This document shows, piece after piece, positions 49,889-58,697 of a stretch of 64,000 nt of DNA; within the stretch, counting starts at the first letter, position 1; each line of letters starts with the position of its first letter. The notes under the pieces are model-generated. The model saw only the letters and a list, made by a program, of their open reading frames with translations, was not told the DNA's origin and ran no database searches. The position numbers and the translations under genes were made by a program. Origin of the DNA: Chloroflexota bacterium. Its GTDB lineage: Bacteria > Chloroflexota > UBA11872. The stretch covers positions 807,971 through 871,970 of the forward strand of contig OZ252016.1 of assembly GCA_965247475.1 (NCBI GenBank), in the 5' to 3' direction.

Positions 49889-51835
49889 ATGGGCGTGAGC
49901 GCTGAATCCGTACCCGCCAATGAGGTCATCGACCTTCGCGCCGGGCCGCTGACGATGATCTTCGAGCCGTCAACCGCGTTCCTCAGATACCTGCGCACCG
50001 ATCGCCATGAGATCGTGCGCGGCATCTACGTCGCCGTGCGTGATCCCGCCTGGAACACGGCCCCGAACGTGCTGTCGAATATCACGGTCACGCGCGGACG
50101 ACGCAGCTTCACGCTGACGTTCGATGTCGAGTCGCGCATGGACGGGATCGATCTTCCGTGGAAGGGGAGGATCACGGGGAACGCGGACGGCGCCGTGACG
50201 TACGCGATGCACGGCACGGCCCGCGCGAGCTTCCAGACCGGGCGCCTTGGATGCTGCGTGCTGCATTCGCCGGCCGAGGTGGTCGGCCGCCCGTACCGCA
50301 TCGAGACACCGACTGGGTCGTTCGTGCGCGGCGAGTTTCCGCGCCTGGTGTCGCCGCATGACCCGCTGCCGGCCGCGCGGAAGCTCGTGTACCAGGCCCG
50401 ACCCGGCCTCGACGTTGAGATCTCGTATGACGGCGACAGTTTCTCCACGGAGGATCAGCGCAACTGGACCGATGGGTCATTCAAGAGCTTCGGGTGCACG
50501 GTCGGACCGCCGTACCCGGCGCAGCTGTCGCGCGGGCAGCGCGTCGCGCAGGCGGTGCACGTCCGGTTGCTGGGCGCTCCCGCCGCTTCCGCGCGACCCA
50601 CGCGAGGCCGTCCCGAAGCTGTGCTGTCGGTTGGCGGCGATTCGTCGGATGCCCTGCCGGCGCTCGGCCTGGGGACTTCAAGCCACGGCCGTGCGCCGAC
50701 CCGAGTTGAACTCGAGCGGCTTGCGGCTCTCAACCTCGACCATTTGCGATTGGATCTGGATCCGGCTGCGCCCGCCTGGCCGTCTGGATTCGACCTCGCG
50801 GCGCGCACCGCCAGCGACCTCGGCATTCCGCTCGAAGTCGCGCTGCTGGTGAGCGATCGAACCGAGACCGAGCTTGTCTCGGTGGCCGAGCGTCTGAGCG
50901 CGGCCGGGCCTCGCGTGTGCCGGTGGCTCGTCTTCCACAAGTCCGAGGACTCCACCACCGCGCCGTGGGTCCGCTTGGCTCGGCGTCTGCTCGCGGCCGT
51001 TGACCCGGCGGCAATGTTCGGCGGGGGAAGCAACATCTACTTCGCGCACCTCAATCGGGGTCGTCCGCCCGTGGAGGCCGTGGACTTGGTGTGCTTCCCG
51101 ATAACGCCTGAGGTGCACGCCGCCGACGATCTTTCGATGATCGAGACGTTGCAGGGAATCCCGGCGGCGCTGGAGACCGCGCGCGACTTCGGCGGCGGTT
51201 GGCCCGTGGCGGTGACGCCCGTCACGCTCAAGCCTCGATTCAACCCGATCACTGTCGACGATCCCCCGCGGCCGCCGCCAGGTGCGCTGCCCGCGAACGT
51301 CGATCCGCGGCAGCCACGCTTATTCGCCGCGGCCTGGACGGTCGGCAGCCTGGCCGCATTGGCGCGCGGCGGCGCCGCGAGCGCCACGTTCTACGAGACC
51401 ACCGGCTGGCGGGGCGTCATGGAGGAGGCCGCCGGCTCGCCGGCGCCGTTTCAGTCGATTCCGGGCGACGTGTTTCCCGTCTACCACGTGTTCGCCGCGA
51501 TGGCGGACTTTGCGCGACAGCCGCTGACGCCGCTCGACTCCACGGCGCCGCTCGACGCGTTCGGATTTCGGCTGAACGCGCATGCGCGCGCGCGCTATCT
51601 GATCGCCAACCCGACTCGAGGCAGACGGCGTGTCCGGCTGACCGACGACACGCTGCCGGCGTCCGTCCGCGTCAGGCGCCTGAACGACTCGACGGTCGAG
51701 CGCGCGGGTCGGGAACCGGCGGCGTTCCACGCGAGCACCGGCCGAACGCGGCACACCGAGGCGGGCGAGTTCCGAATCACGCTCGGTGCGCACGAAGTCG
51801 TCCAAATCGACGCGGCGTCCCCGCGCGGCGAATGA
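49889..51835 (+). CDS. D-apionate lactonase (ApnL)-like protein
   Basis: LRAGPL, IYVAVRD..W.T, EDQRNWTDGSFK, F..LNR, VHAADD.S..ETL, DPRQ motifs recalled for this family. Confidence 0.65.
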   Translation: MGVSAESVPANEVIDLRAGPLTMIFEPSTAFLRYLRTDRHEIVRGIYVAVRDPAWNTAPNVLSNITVTRGRRSFTLTFDVESRMDGIDLPWKGRITGNADGAVTYAMHGTARASFQTGRLGCCVLHSPAEVVGRPYRIETPTGSFVRGEFPRLVSPHDPLPAARKLVYQARPGLDVEISYDGDSFSTEDQRNWTDGSFKSFGCTVGPPYPAQLSRGQRVAQAVHVRLLGAPAASARPTRGRPEAVLSVGGDSSDALPALGLGTSSHGRAPTRVELERLAALNLDHLRLDLDPAAPAWPSGFDLAARTASDLGIPLEVALLVSDRTETELVSVAERLSAAGPRVCRWLVFHKSEDSTTAPWVRLARRLLAAVDPAAMFGGGSNIYFAHLNRGRPPVEAVDLVCFPITPEVHAADDLSMIETLQGIPAALETARDFGGGWPVAVTPVTLKPRFNPITVDDPPRPPPGALPANVDPRQPRLFAAAWTVGSLAALARGGAASATFYETTGWRGVMEEAAGSPAPFQSIPGDVFPVYHVFAAMADFARQPLTPLDSTAPLDAFGFRLNAHARARYLIANPTRGRRRVRLTDDTLPASVRVRRLNDSTVERAGREPAAFHASTGRTRHTEAGEFRITLGAHEVVQIDAASPRGE

Positions 51836-51918
51836 CCGCCGGCGCGCCCGGCCGTCTACGAAGACCAACTCGACATAACGTCGAATGATGGCGCTCGGTG
51901 CTACGATTTCTCCGAGCC

Positions 51919-51991
51919 GCCGACGTAGCTCAGTTGGTAGAGCGGGGCTTTCGTAAAGCTCAGGTCGTCAGTTCGACTCTGACCGTCGGCT
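51919..51991 (+). tRNA. tRNA-Thr (anticodon CGT)
   Basis: GCCGACG/CGTCGGC acceptor stem, AGCTCAGTTGGTAGAGC D-arm, GGGCT-TTCGTAA-AGCTC anticodon arm, GTTCGAC T-loop; CCA not encoded. Confidence 0.97.
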
Positions 51992-52001
51992 CCGAGCGAT
52001 A

Positions 52002-52050
52002 ACCGGTTCGCGCCGATCCCAGGTACGGGCGGTTCGCGAACCGCCCTCCG
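52002..52050. repeat. REP-like palindrome downstream of the tRNA
   Basis: GGGCGGTTCGCGAACCGCCC perfect palindrome preceded by GGTAC; homolog at 49757. Confidence 0.7.
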
Positions 52051-52124
52051 CGTTCCTGTACGGGCCTGCCGATACCCCTGCAGGACCAAGAAAGGCTTAC
52101 ACTGCTGACCGCGAGACGTGGGAA

Positions 52125-52418
52125 TTGGACGTAGTTGCAATAGCCGTGTTCATAGCTGGCGTCGAGCCGCCGGGCGGCACCGAGCGCCTGATCCAAGACC
52201 TCGAGCGTGAGCGCCGGGACTCCTTATGGCTCAGCGAGAACATGACCGATCTGATCGAGGAGTACAGCATCCAGTTCGTCGCGATCCGCGACCAGGAGAT
52301 TGTGGGTCACTCGTCTCGGTTTAGCGAGTTGCTCGAAGAACTCGAGGCTGCCGACATAGATCCGCGATCGGTGAAGATCGAACTGCTGACCGAAGACGTG
52401 CCCCCCAGAATCGCCTAG
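52125..52418 (+). CDS. DUF5678-like small protein (start uncertain)
   Basis: WL.EN...L.EEY..QFVAIRDQEIVGH...F.EL pattern. Confidence 0.7.
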   Translation: MDVVAIAVFIAGVEPPGGTERLIQDLERERRDSLWLSENMTDLIEEYSIQFVAIRDQEIVGHSSRFSELLEELEAADIDPRSVKIELLTEDVPPRIA

Positions 52419-52424
52419 GCTCCG

Positions 52425-52920
52425 ATGGCAATCCGAGGCAAAGCGGCCGCTCCAAGTCCGGGAGCGCCACCCGTTCCGTACGTCCACGCCTGGGTTTTCG
52501 TCAACCACCCGGCGGTCTCAACGTCTCAGCCAGCGGCCGTCTCGTTCATGATCGATACGGGTGCCGATCGCACTGTTCGTTCGCTTCGGAAAGCGCGGCA
52601 GTTGATCGGCGACGCCAACTGGCCGCACATATGTCGCGGCAAGCCGCCTGTGACTCTTGGCGGCATTGGGGGGTGCTGGAACCTATTGGGAGGTCCCGAT
52701 GCGGCGCTGGTTCGTCGACGAACCAGCGATGCTGCCGGTCTCTGTCGAGCGGGATGTCCTCGTCCCGCCCTATTCTGAACTGCTGGACCTCGCCGAACAG
52801 GCGGGCGAGCGTGAAGGACGAGAGCCAATCTCACTTCTCGGCCGCGATGTGTTTGGCGCGATGCGCTTGGAATTCGACCTGGCAAAGCCTCTTCCCGTGA
52901 TCCTCGAACGTACGCCTTAG
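52425..52920 (+). pseudogene. Retropepsin-like aspartyl protease, +1 frameshift in the G6 run at 52668-52673
   Basis: First frame has FMIDTGAD...GGIG; the next frame continues GAGTYWEV...SLLGRDV. Confidence 0.8.
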
Positions 52921-53050
52921 CCGTCCGCTGACGCCACGTCGGCTCTACGGGTTGGCCGCACCCGCCATGCCGCAGGGTTAGGGCTGGCGGTCTGCGCACG
53001 ATTGCCGGGGCGGTAGGCTGGAACTGGGACGCCGGTGCGTGGGGGGTGGA

Positions 53051-53599
53051 ATGTTGACGAGGCGAGCGCTGCTGTTTTTCGTCGGCCTGATGGGACTGAT
53101 GCTTGGTGCCGCTTGTGGGGAAGGATCCGGCGACGCCCCCACCCGCTCGGTCGTGACTGGTCACGAGCAGCTCGGGCACATGGTCCTTACCGAAGCGGAT
53201 GCCGGGAACGTGTTTGAGATATCCCAGTTCGTCTATGACCTCGGGCTGCCAGACAAAAAGGGCCTCGAAATCCATCTGACGGGAGATGACGCCTCGAGGC
53301 TGCGCTGGCGGTTTGCCGAGAAGCCCGACGCGCTGCTGATGGAATGGGCCAAAGTGGATGGACAGCCCGCGTTCGAAACGGCTGGCCTGATCGGCGATCC
53401 CGCCACGGCCGCGAAGGTGCTGGAGTTCCGTGGAAGCGTCGAAGGTGAAACGCGCGTGGTTTTGGAATTGGTGGAACGCGATCCGTCGGACCGGAATGGA
53501 CTGCCCGCCAAGCGCCTCGAGTACACTTTCCAGATCACTCACGCGGACGCGCAACTGCTGGGCATGCCGGGGATGAATCCGGACCAACGCCGCGGTTGA
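53051..53599 (+). CDS. Hypothetical lipoprotein, paralog of 3616..4179
   Basis: GAAC lipobox; shared blocks GLPDKKG.EIHLTGDD, GLIGDP.TAAK.LEF, PAKRLEYTF. Confidence 0.82.
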   Translation: MLTRRALLFFVGLMGLMLGAACGEGSGDAPTRSVVTGHEQLGHMVLTEADAGNVFEISQFVYDLGLPDKKGLEIHLTGDDASRLRWRFAEKPDALLMEWAKVDGQPAFETAGLIGDPATAAKVLEFRGSVEGETRVVLELVERDPSDRNGLPAKRLEYTFQITHADAQLLGMPGMNPDQRRG

Positions 53600-53748
53600 G
53601 CGGGCTGGCTAGCACCGCTCCTGAACGGGCCGGCGGGGGTGACTCGGTCATTCGGTGGCGGCGCGGGGCGTCCGAAGATCGCCAGACGGCCGGTGGAGAT
53701 CGGCGCTTTCTGCGTCCGCGATCCCTCCTCGCGCCGGCGCGGGGTACC

Positions 53749-53943
53749 CTAAGGCCCAACACCGGCGCCGGGGCCCGACCTTGGCGGTTCACCGTCGCTC
53801 TGATAGCGCGGGTTGCCCATGCGCTTCAACCGGCTGGCCGTCTCGAGCGCGTAGCAGTGGTCGCAGCCGGGCGAGATGCGATCGCAGCCTGTGACCGGGT
53901 TCCACGTCGCGTCGGTCCATTCGATGTTGCTCTTGTCGCTCAT
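53749..53943 (-). pseudogene. Truncated phage Gp37/Gp68 (DUF5131) protein
   Basis: [29 protein letters not shown]-terminal motif, then a stop after 64 aa. Confidence 0.85.
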
Positions 53944-55316
53944 CAGGCCTTGTATCCATTCGTGCGCGCCGCGTTACGCATGCGCTCGAACTCATCAACC
54001 GATGCCACCGGGGTGATCCGCTGGTGCGGCCGGTCGAACGCCACCCATTGCGTCATCCGGCCCTGGCCGTGCCGCGCCTTGACGATCTCGATCCGCCGCA
54101 CGACGAGCGGCGCGCCCTCTTCGTCCGCACGGTCCTTGTCTGGCTCAATGAACAGCACCGTGTCCGCATCGAAGCCGAGCTGCCCGGAGCCTCGCAGCCG
54201 GTCGAGCGCGGCCCGGCGCCCCTCGCCCGCGCGATTCAAGCTCACCACCGCGATGACCACGAGCTTCGCGTCCAAGGCCAGCGTCTTGAGCTGGCGTGAC
54301 ATCTCACCAATCATGCGGGCCTCGGTGTCGTGGCGCCCGCCGGCGGGCACCATCAGCTGCAGGTAGTCCACCAGCAGCAGCTCGATCGCATGCCGCCGCT
54401 GGTGCGAGACCACCATCCGCCGCAGCTGCGAGACGCTGAGCACTGGCCCGTCCAAGAACCAGACCGGCCACTCGCCGGCGTCCGCGCGGGCCTTGACGAT
54501 GCGGCGCAGGTCATCGTCGCTGAGCTCCCCGGTCCGCAGCTTCGTCGCCCAGATGCGCGCCACGGCCGCGATGATCCGGCCGACGATGTCAGTCTCGGAC
54601 ATCTCAAATTCGGCCAGCACGACCCCGCGGCCGGCTTCGCCAAGCCCGCGCAGGATGTTGAGCAGCAGCGCCGTCTTGCCCATGCCGGGCTCAGCCGCCA
54701 GCAGCACGAGATCCCCGGCCATGAACACACCGGCCTCGTCAATGCGCGGGTAGCCCGTGCGGACGCCGATCGCCTGGCCGTCCTGCCGCATCCGCGCGTA
54801 CTGCTCCAGCAGCGCGGCGTGGTTGGTGAGGGCCTGGCCGATGGGGACGAACCCACTCGTGGCGAGGTGCTGGCGCGCAAGTCCGTCGAGCCGCCCGAGC
54901 ACCTGGTCCAGGACGACCGTGGTGTCCGTCTCCGTGTCGTAGGCCGCCTGCACGATGTCGCCGGCCGCTCCGATCATCCGCCGGCGCTGCGCCAGCTCGC
55001 GGACGATCCGCGTGTAGTGCGGCAGGTGATACGCCGTCGGCACACCGACCATGAGCTCGGCAATGGCGGCCGCGGGCTCGTGCTGGTCCCGGCAGCGCAG
55101 CTCGTCGGTCACGGTGATGAAGTCGGGTGGGCTGCCGGCCTGCACCACCCGCAGGATCGCGTCGTAGATCTTGCGATGCTGGTCGTGGTAGAAGTCGTCG
55201 CCCTGGACCGTGTCGCGCGCCAGCTCGATCGCGCCCGGGTCGAGCAGCAGGCTCCCCAACAGGCCACGCTCGGCATCGAGGTTGTGCGGCGGTGGCCGAT
55301 CGATCACCGCGGCCAT
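53943..55316 (-). CDS. Phage DnaB-like replicative helicase
   Basis: [17 protein letters not shown]...[27 protein letters not shown]...DAD, KARHG. Confidence 0.93.
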   Translation of the reverse strand: MAAVIDRPPPHNLDAERGLLGSLLLDPGAIELARDTVQGDDFYHDQHRKIYDAILRVVQAGSPPDFITVTDELRCRDQHEPAAAIAELMVGVPTAYHLPHYTRIVRELAQRRRMIGAAGDIVQAAYDTETDTTVVLDQVLGRLDGLARQHLATSGFVPIGQALTNHAALLEQYARMRQDGQAIGVRTGYPRIDEAGVFMAGDLVLLAAEPGMGKTALLLNILRGLGEAGRGVVLAEFEMSETDIVGRIIAAVARIWATKLRTGELSDDDLRRIVKARADAGEWPVWFLDGPVLSVSQLRRMVVSHQRRHAIELLLVDYLQLMVPAGGRHDTEARMIGEMSRQLKTLALDAKLVVIAVVSLNRAGEGRRAALDRLRGSGQLGFDADTVLFIEPDKDRADEEGAPLVVRRIEIVKARHGQGRMTQWVAFDRPHQRITPVASVDEFERMRNAARTNGYKA

Positions 55317-55519
55317 CAGGCGGCCGACCTCACCCCGGGCGACGTGAGGTGCCAGGCGCCGCAGCACGGGCAGTGGTACGCGTGCTGGAGCAGCCGGCGA
55401 TACGTCCGCGCGGTCGCACGGGCAAACGCCTTCGCCTGTCGCCGCGAGTCGAACGACCGCTTGGCCTGGCACACCGGCGCGTGGATCGCCACGATCGAGC
55501 CCACGGGGACGGCGGTCAC
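55316..55519 (-). CDS. Small phage zinc-finger-like protein
   Basis: GTGA-coupled start; C..K..F.SRR.A and YHCPCCGAWHLTS. Confidence 0.75.
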   Translation of the reverse strand: MTAVPVGSIVAIHAPVCQAKRSFDSRRQAKAFARATARTYRRLLQHAYHCPCCGAWHLTSPGVRSAA

Positions 55520-56430
55520 AGGTTCGCCATCGCCCAGTCGTGCCACGCGTTCGCGTCGCCACGCACGTGCTCGTCCACATCCTCCTCCGCGCGCTGGCGC
55601 CGCACCACCCCGGCTAGGTAGCTCAGCGGGTCGCCCTTGATCTCGATGTCCTGCGCATCCCAGATCGCGGCGAACACGGTCTTGGGGTCGTACTTGCCGG
55701 CCAAGCGCCCCAGCCGGCCCGCGTTGAGCCGACGACGCGGGACGCCCCAGAGCGCCTCGATCGCTTCCAGCAACACGCCGATCTGGTTGGCCTCGGCCGC
55801 CAGCCGCCCCCGCCAGTGCGACGGGCTCGTGACCAGCCGCGGCACCGGCGCAATAGACACCCGAGCGTGTGGCTCCCCGTCACGGAGTCCCTGGTCGGTT
55901 TCCCCGAATCCCCGCGAAGCGTCCGCGACGCGCGAGCCCCGCGAGCGCTTGTCTTGTCTTGTTGAGTCTTCTTCTTGAGTCTTCTTCCCTGTTTCTACTT
56001 CGGCGGAACTGTGCTTCCGGGGTGGGCGGAACTGTGCTTCCGGGGTACCGGAACTGTGCTTCCGGGGTGGGCGGAACTGTGCTTCCGGGGTGGGCGGAAC
56101 TGTGCTTCCGGGGTGGGCGGAACTGTGCTTCCGGGGTGGCAGATGCAGCTCGTAGACGTTCGTGCGTCCCGGCCGCGCCACGACGGACAGGGCCTCGGCC
56201 TGCTGCAGCTCGTTGAGGTAGACCCGCACTTGGCGCTCGGATACGTCCACGTCCGTCGCCAGTCGGCCGACGCCCGGCCAACAGCGTTGGTCCTGCCACC
56301 CGTAGCTCAGCAGTGCGATGTAGGTCATGCGAGCGCCCTGGGAGAGATCCGTGCGTGACAGCAGCGTCCGTGGGACGGAGATGAAGCCGTCCCGAGCGTC
56401 TGGCGCCGTGCCGACGATGGGTGCCCCCAT
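55516..56430 (-). CDS. Phage replication initiator with N-terminal HTH
   Basis: LS..ARMTY..L..Y, CWPGV.RLA.....SERQV...L.EL, TNVY; internal iterons; upstream of the helicase. Confidence 0.85.
   Translation of the reverse strand: MGAPIVGTAPDARDGFISVPRTLLSRTDLSQGARMTYIALLSYGWQDQRCWPGVGRLATDVDVSERQVRVYLNELQQAEALSVVARPGRTNVYELHLPPRKHSSAHPGSTVPPTPEAQFRPPRKHSSGTPEAQFRPPRKHSSAEVETGKKTQEEDSTRQDKRSRGSRVADASRGFGETDQGLRDGEPHARVSIAPVPRLVTSPSHWRGRLAAEANQIGVLLEAIEALWGVPRRRLNAGRLGRLAGKYDPKTVFAAIWDAQDIEIKGDPLSYLAGVVRRQRAEEDVDEHVRGDANAWHDWAMANL
56004..56139. repeat. Six tandem 23-bp iteron-like repeats (CGGAACTGTGCTTCCGGGGTGGG), putative phage origin
   Basis: Units start at 56004, 56027 (22 bp), 56049, 56072, 56095 and 56118. 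Confidence 0.92.
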
Positions 56431-56750
56431 CAGCGCTCGGCCTGTGGGCTGGCGGTGGCGGCCACCGCCAGCAGCCGGTCAAAAAGCTCGCGGCGCATCA
56501 TCACGTAGTCCGTGGCGCGCCGCTGGTGCTTCTGGTGGATCACGACGACCTCGGCCTTGCCGAAGGCCGCACGGATCCATTGGGGCAAGCGGGCTCGGTA
56601 CTTATATTCGCCACGAAGCTCGCCGATGACCGGCGTGTCCATGGCAAACACGAAGTCCTCGACCTTGTCGCCGCGCGCCTGTTCGAGATTGCGCTCGCCG
56701 CCGTAGTGGCGCGCAATCTCGCGCTCCCCATCTTTCCACGCGCTACTCAT
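56430..56750 (-). CDS. Phage protein, possible PD-(D/E)xK resolvase-like nuclease
   Basis: WK..EREIA...GG.R...D...EYKYR pattern; coupled to both neighbours. Confidence 0.6.
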   Translation of the reverse strand: MSSAWKDGEREIARHYGGERNLEQARGDKVEDFVFAMDTPVIGELRGEYKYRARLPQWIRAAFGKAEVVVIHQKHQRRATDYVMMRRELFDRLLAVAATASPQAER

Positions 56751-57798
56751 GGGCCGCACCGGCACGCGTGGCGGTGGGTGGCGACGCCGCCGGCTGGCTC
56801 AGATCGTCACGCAGCGCCGCCAGCCCCGCCTCCAGGGCCTCCAGCCGCATGCCATCGAGTTCCGACCAGGCGCTCGTGCCAAAGTGTGTGGTGAGCAGCT
56901 GCTTGACCCGCTTCTGACCAGCGCTCGAGCGCGTGGTGATGTCGGCCAGGAGGAACGCGTCCTTGATTTTCTCCAGCGCGATCTCGACACGGCGTTTCCG
57001 CTCGACCGCGTTGTTGGGGCTCGCAAACATTCCCTGGGAGTCCGTCCGCGTGTCGGTCGGATGGTGCACGCCGCCGATGTTGAGAAAGTCGAAGTGCGGC
57101 CGGAACGTCGCGAATCCGGGATCCGCGAACTCCTGGCCGTCAAGCACGTCCGCACGATCTTTCACTACGCTCGCGACGTGCAGCCAGCCAGGTCCTTCCG
57201 GGCGGGAGCGACGCTCCATCTCGATCAGCAGCGACGGCTCATAGCCCGTCTCACGCTCCGTTTTCATGCGGGTCCCCGTCACCTGGACCTCACGCTTGGC
57301 CCGCGCTTCGTTGTACACCTGTTCGTACACGTTGGCGGAGCGTCCGCACACAATGGCGTGGCACGGTGATTCCAAATACTCGTTCGTGAACTCACGCCAT
57401 ACCGGCTTGATGACGCCCCAGTCCCAGATCTCCAGCCCCTGCGTTCGGCGCAGCTTTTTCTCGTAGCTCTCACGAAGGTCGTCCCACGTATGCGAGATCG
57501 AATCGATGATGATCACCGCGCGCAACTCGCGAGCTTCGCGCATAAATCCCATCAGCGATTCGAAGGCACGGGCCTTGGCAACAAGGATCTCGACGCCCGC
57601 TTTCTTGCAGATTGGAATCATGTAATCCGAGCCGCCCTCGGTATCAAAGAACGCGATTGGGACCGGCGGCGCATCCGTGAGGGTCGCGAGCCCAATCGCG
57701 ATCTCGGTCGCGGTGCGCGTTTTCCCAGTTCCCGTCTCGCCGTAGAGGCCAACTTTGGCGGCCGCGAGTTGGTTGGTTGCTTTCTGTAGCAGGCTCAT
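56743..57798 (-). CDS. Phage AAA ATPase (AAA_24/Sak4-like)
   Basis: GETGTGKT, FFDTE.GS, IIIDSISH.W, YEPSL, VKDR. Confidence 0.85.
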   Translation of the reverse strand: MSLLQKATNQLAAAKVGLYGETGTGKTRTATEIAIGLATLTDAPPVPIAFFDTEGGSDYMIPICKKAGVEILVAKARAFESLMGFMREARELRAVIIIDSISHTWDDLRESYEKKLRRTQGLEIWDWGVIKPVWREFTNEYLESPCHAIVCGRSANVYEQVYNEARAKREVQVTGTRMKTERETGYEPSLLIEMERRSRPEGPGWLHVASVVKDRADVLDGQEFADPGFATFRPHFDFLNIGGVHHPTDTRTDSQGMFASPNNAVERKRRVEIALEKIKDAFLLADITTRSSAGQKRVKQLLTTHFGTSAWSELDGMRLEALEAGLAALRDDLSQPAASPPTATRAGAAHE

Positions 57799-57853
57799 CA
57801 CGTCAACCTTTCAATACATGGAGGGTCACCAGCGAGGGCGGCCGTCGTATCCG

Positions 57854-57997
57854 TCATAGCCACATCCCATTCAGCTTGAAGACCAGGGCCGCGATCTCAA
57901 ACTCACCGCTCCAGCGGAGGACATGCAGCCGGTGGGTGGGGCCGATGGTCAGCGACACCCACAAGCGCCCGATCGTGAAGCCCGCGTGAATGGACAT
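57854..57997 (-). CDS. Small hypothetical phage protein (47 aa)
   Basis: Manual translation MSIHAGFTIGRLWVSLTIG...NGMWL; TGATG overlap with the Fic stop. Confidence 0.55.
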   Translation of the reverse strand: MSIHAGFTIGRLWVSLTIGPTHRLHVLRWSGEFEIAALVFKLNGMWL

Positions 57998-58584
57998 CAG
58001 TCGCACGTCCTCCGGTGGTCCCAGGCGCGCTCGATTGCCACGGCACGATCCATCGCGTCGTCCTTGGCACGGGCATCGTCGTCGGGCTCGGTGTCACGCA
58101 ACCGGAGATCGGCTCGGCGTGCGACCCGCCGCTCGGCCTCGAGGGACTGGTAGTACCAGTGGTGCAGGAACCCCAGCGGCGCCGCCGCAAGCCCGCCCAT
58201 CATCCAGAGCCAGAGCGCACGCCCCGAGCGCCCGTTCCCGTCGGTGAAGGGGTGGAGGGACTCGTAGGCGCCGTGCACCACGTAGGCGGCCTCGGAATCG
58301 CCGCGGCTCGTGTCGGCGAGGAGGTCACGCAGGGCGTCGTCGATGGCTGGACCGCCGGGCGGCGCCACGTGCTGGCCTACCCGTACGTCCTGCCCGGGCG
58401 TGCGCCGCAACACCGCGCCGGGCTGGATCAGTCCGACAAACACTTCAAGGTCCGGAACCGGGACGGTGCGCAGTGTCAGCAACACCATGTGCGCGTCGAT
58501 CTCCGTGTCGGTGGGCGCATGGTGGAGGCCCTCGATGCGGTTGCTCTCGCGGATGAACGCGATGAGACGGTCGCGAACCGTCAT
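57997..58584 (-). CDS. Fic family protein
   Basis: HPFTDGNGRSGR; N-terminal SNRIEG; ATGA-coupled start. Confidence 0.9.
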   Translation of the reverse strand: MTVRDRLIAFIRESNRIEGLHHAPTDTEIDAHMVLLTLRTVPVPDLEVFVGLIQPGAVLRRTPGQDVRVGQHVAPPGGPAIDDALRDLLADTSRGDSEAAYVVHGAYESLHPFTDGNGRSGRALWLWMMGGLAAAPLGFLHHWYYQSLEAERRVARRADLRLRDTEPDDDARAKDDAMDRAVAIERAWDHRRTCD

Positions 58585-58697
58585 CGCACCATCGCCTCGA
58601 CGGCCACGCGCATCGCGAGCTGGGCGCCCAGCGCCATGCAGGCCAGGGACCAGGCGATGATGAGCAGCGTGGTGGTGAGCCAGCCGTAGCGGGTCAT
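58581..58697 (-). CDS. Small membrane protein (38 aa)
   Basis: Manual translation MTRYGWLTTTLLIIAWSLACMALGAQLAMRVAVEAMVR; GGGAG RBS; ATGA overlaps at both ends. Confidence 0.65.
   Translation of the reverse strand: MTRYGWLTTTLLIIAWSLACMALGAQLAMRVAVEAMVR

Noticed and set aside
52937-52945. att-site duplication of the tRNA-Thr 3' end (CGTCGGCTC)
   Set aside because: Only 9 bp in GC-rich DNA and no integrase; chance cannot be excluded.
56004-56139. CRISPR array
   Set aside because: The repeats are contiguous with no unique spacers, lie inside a coding gene, and there are no cas genes.
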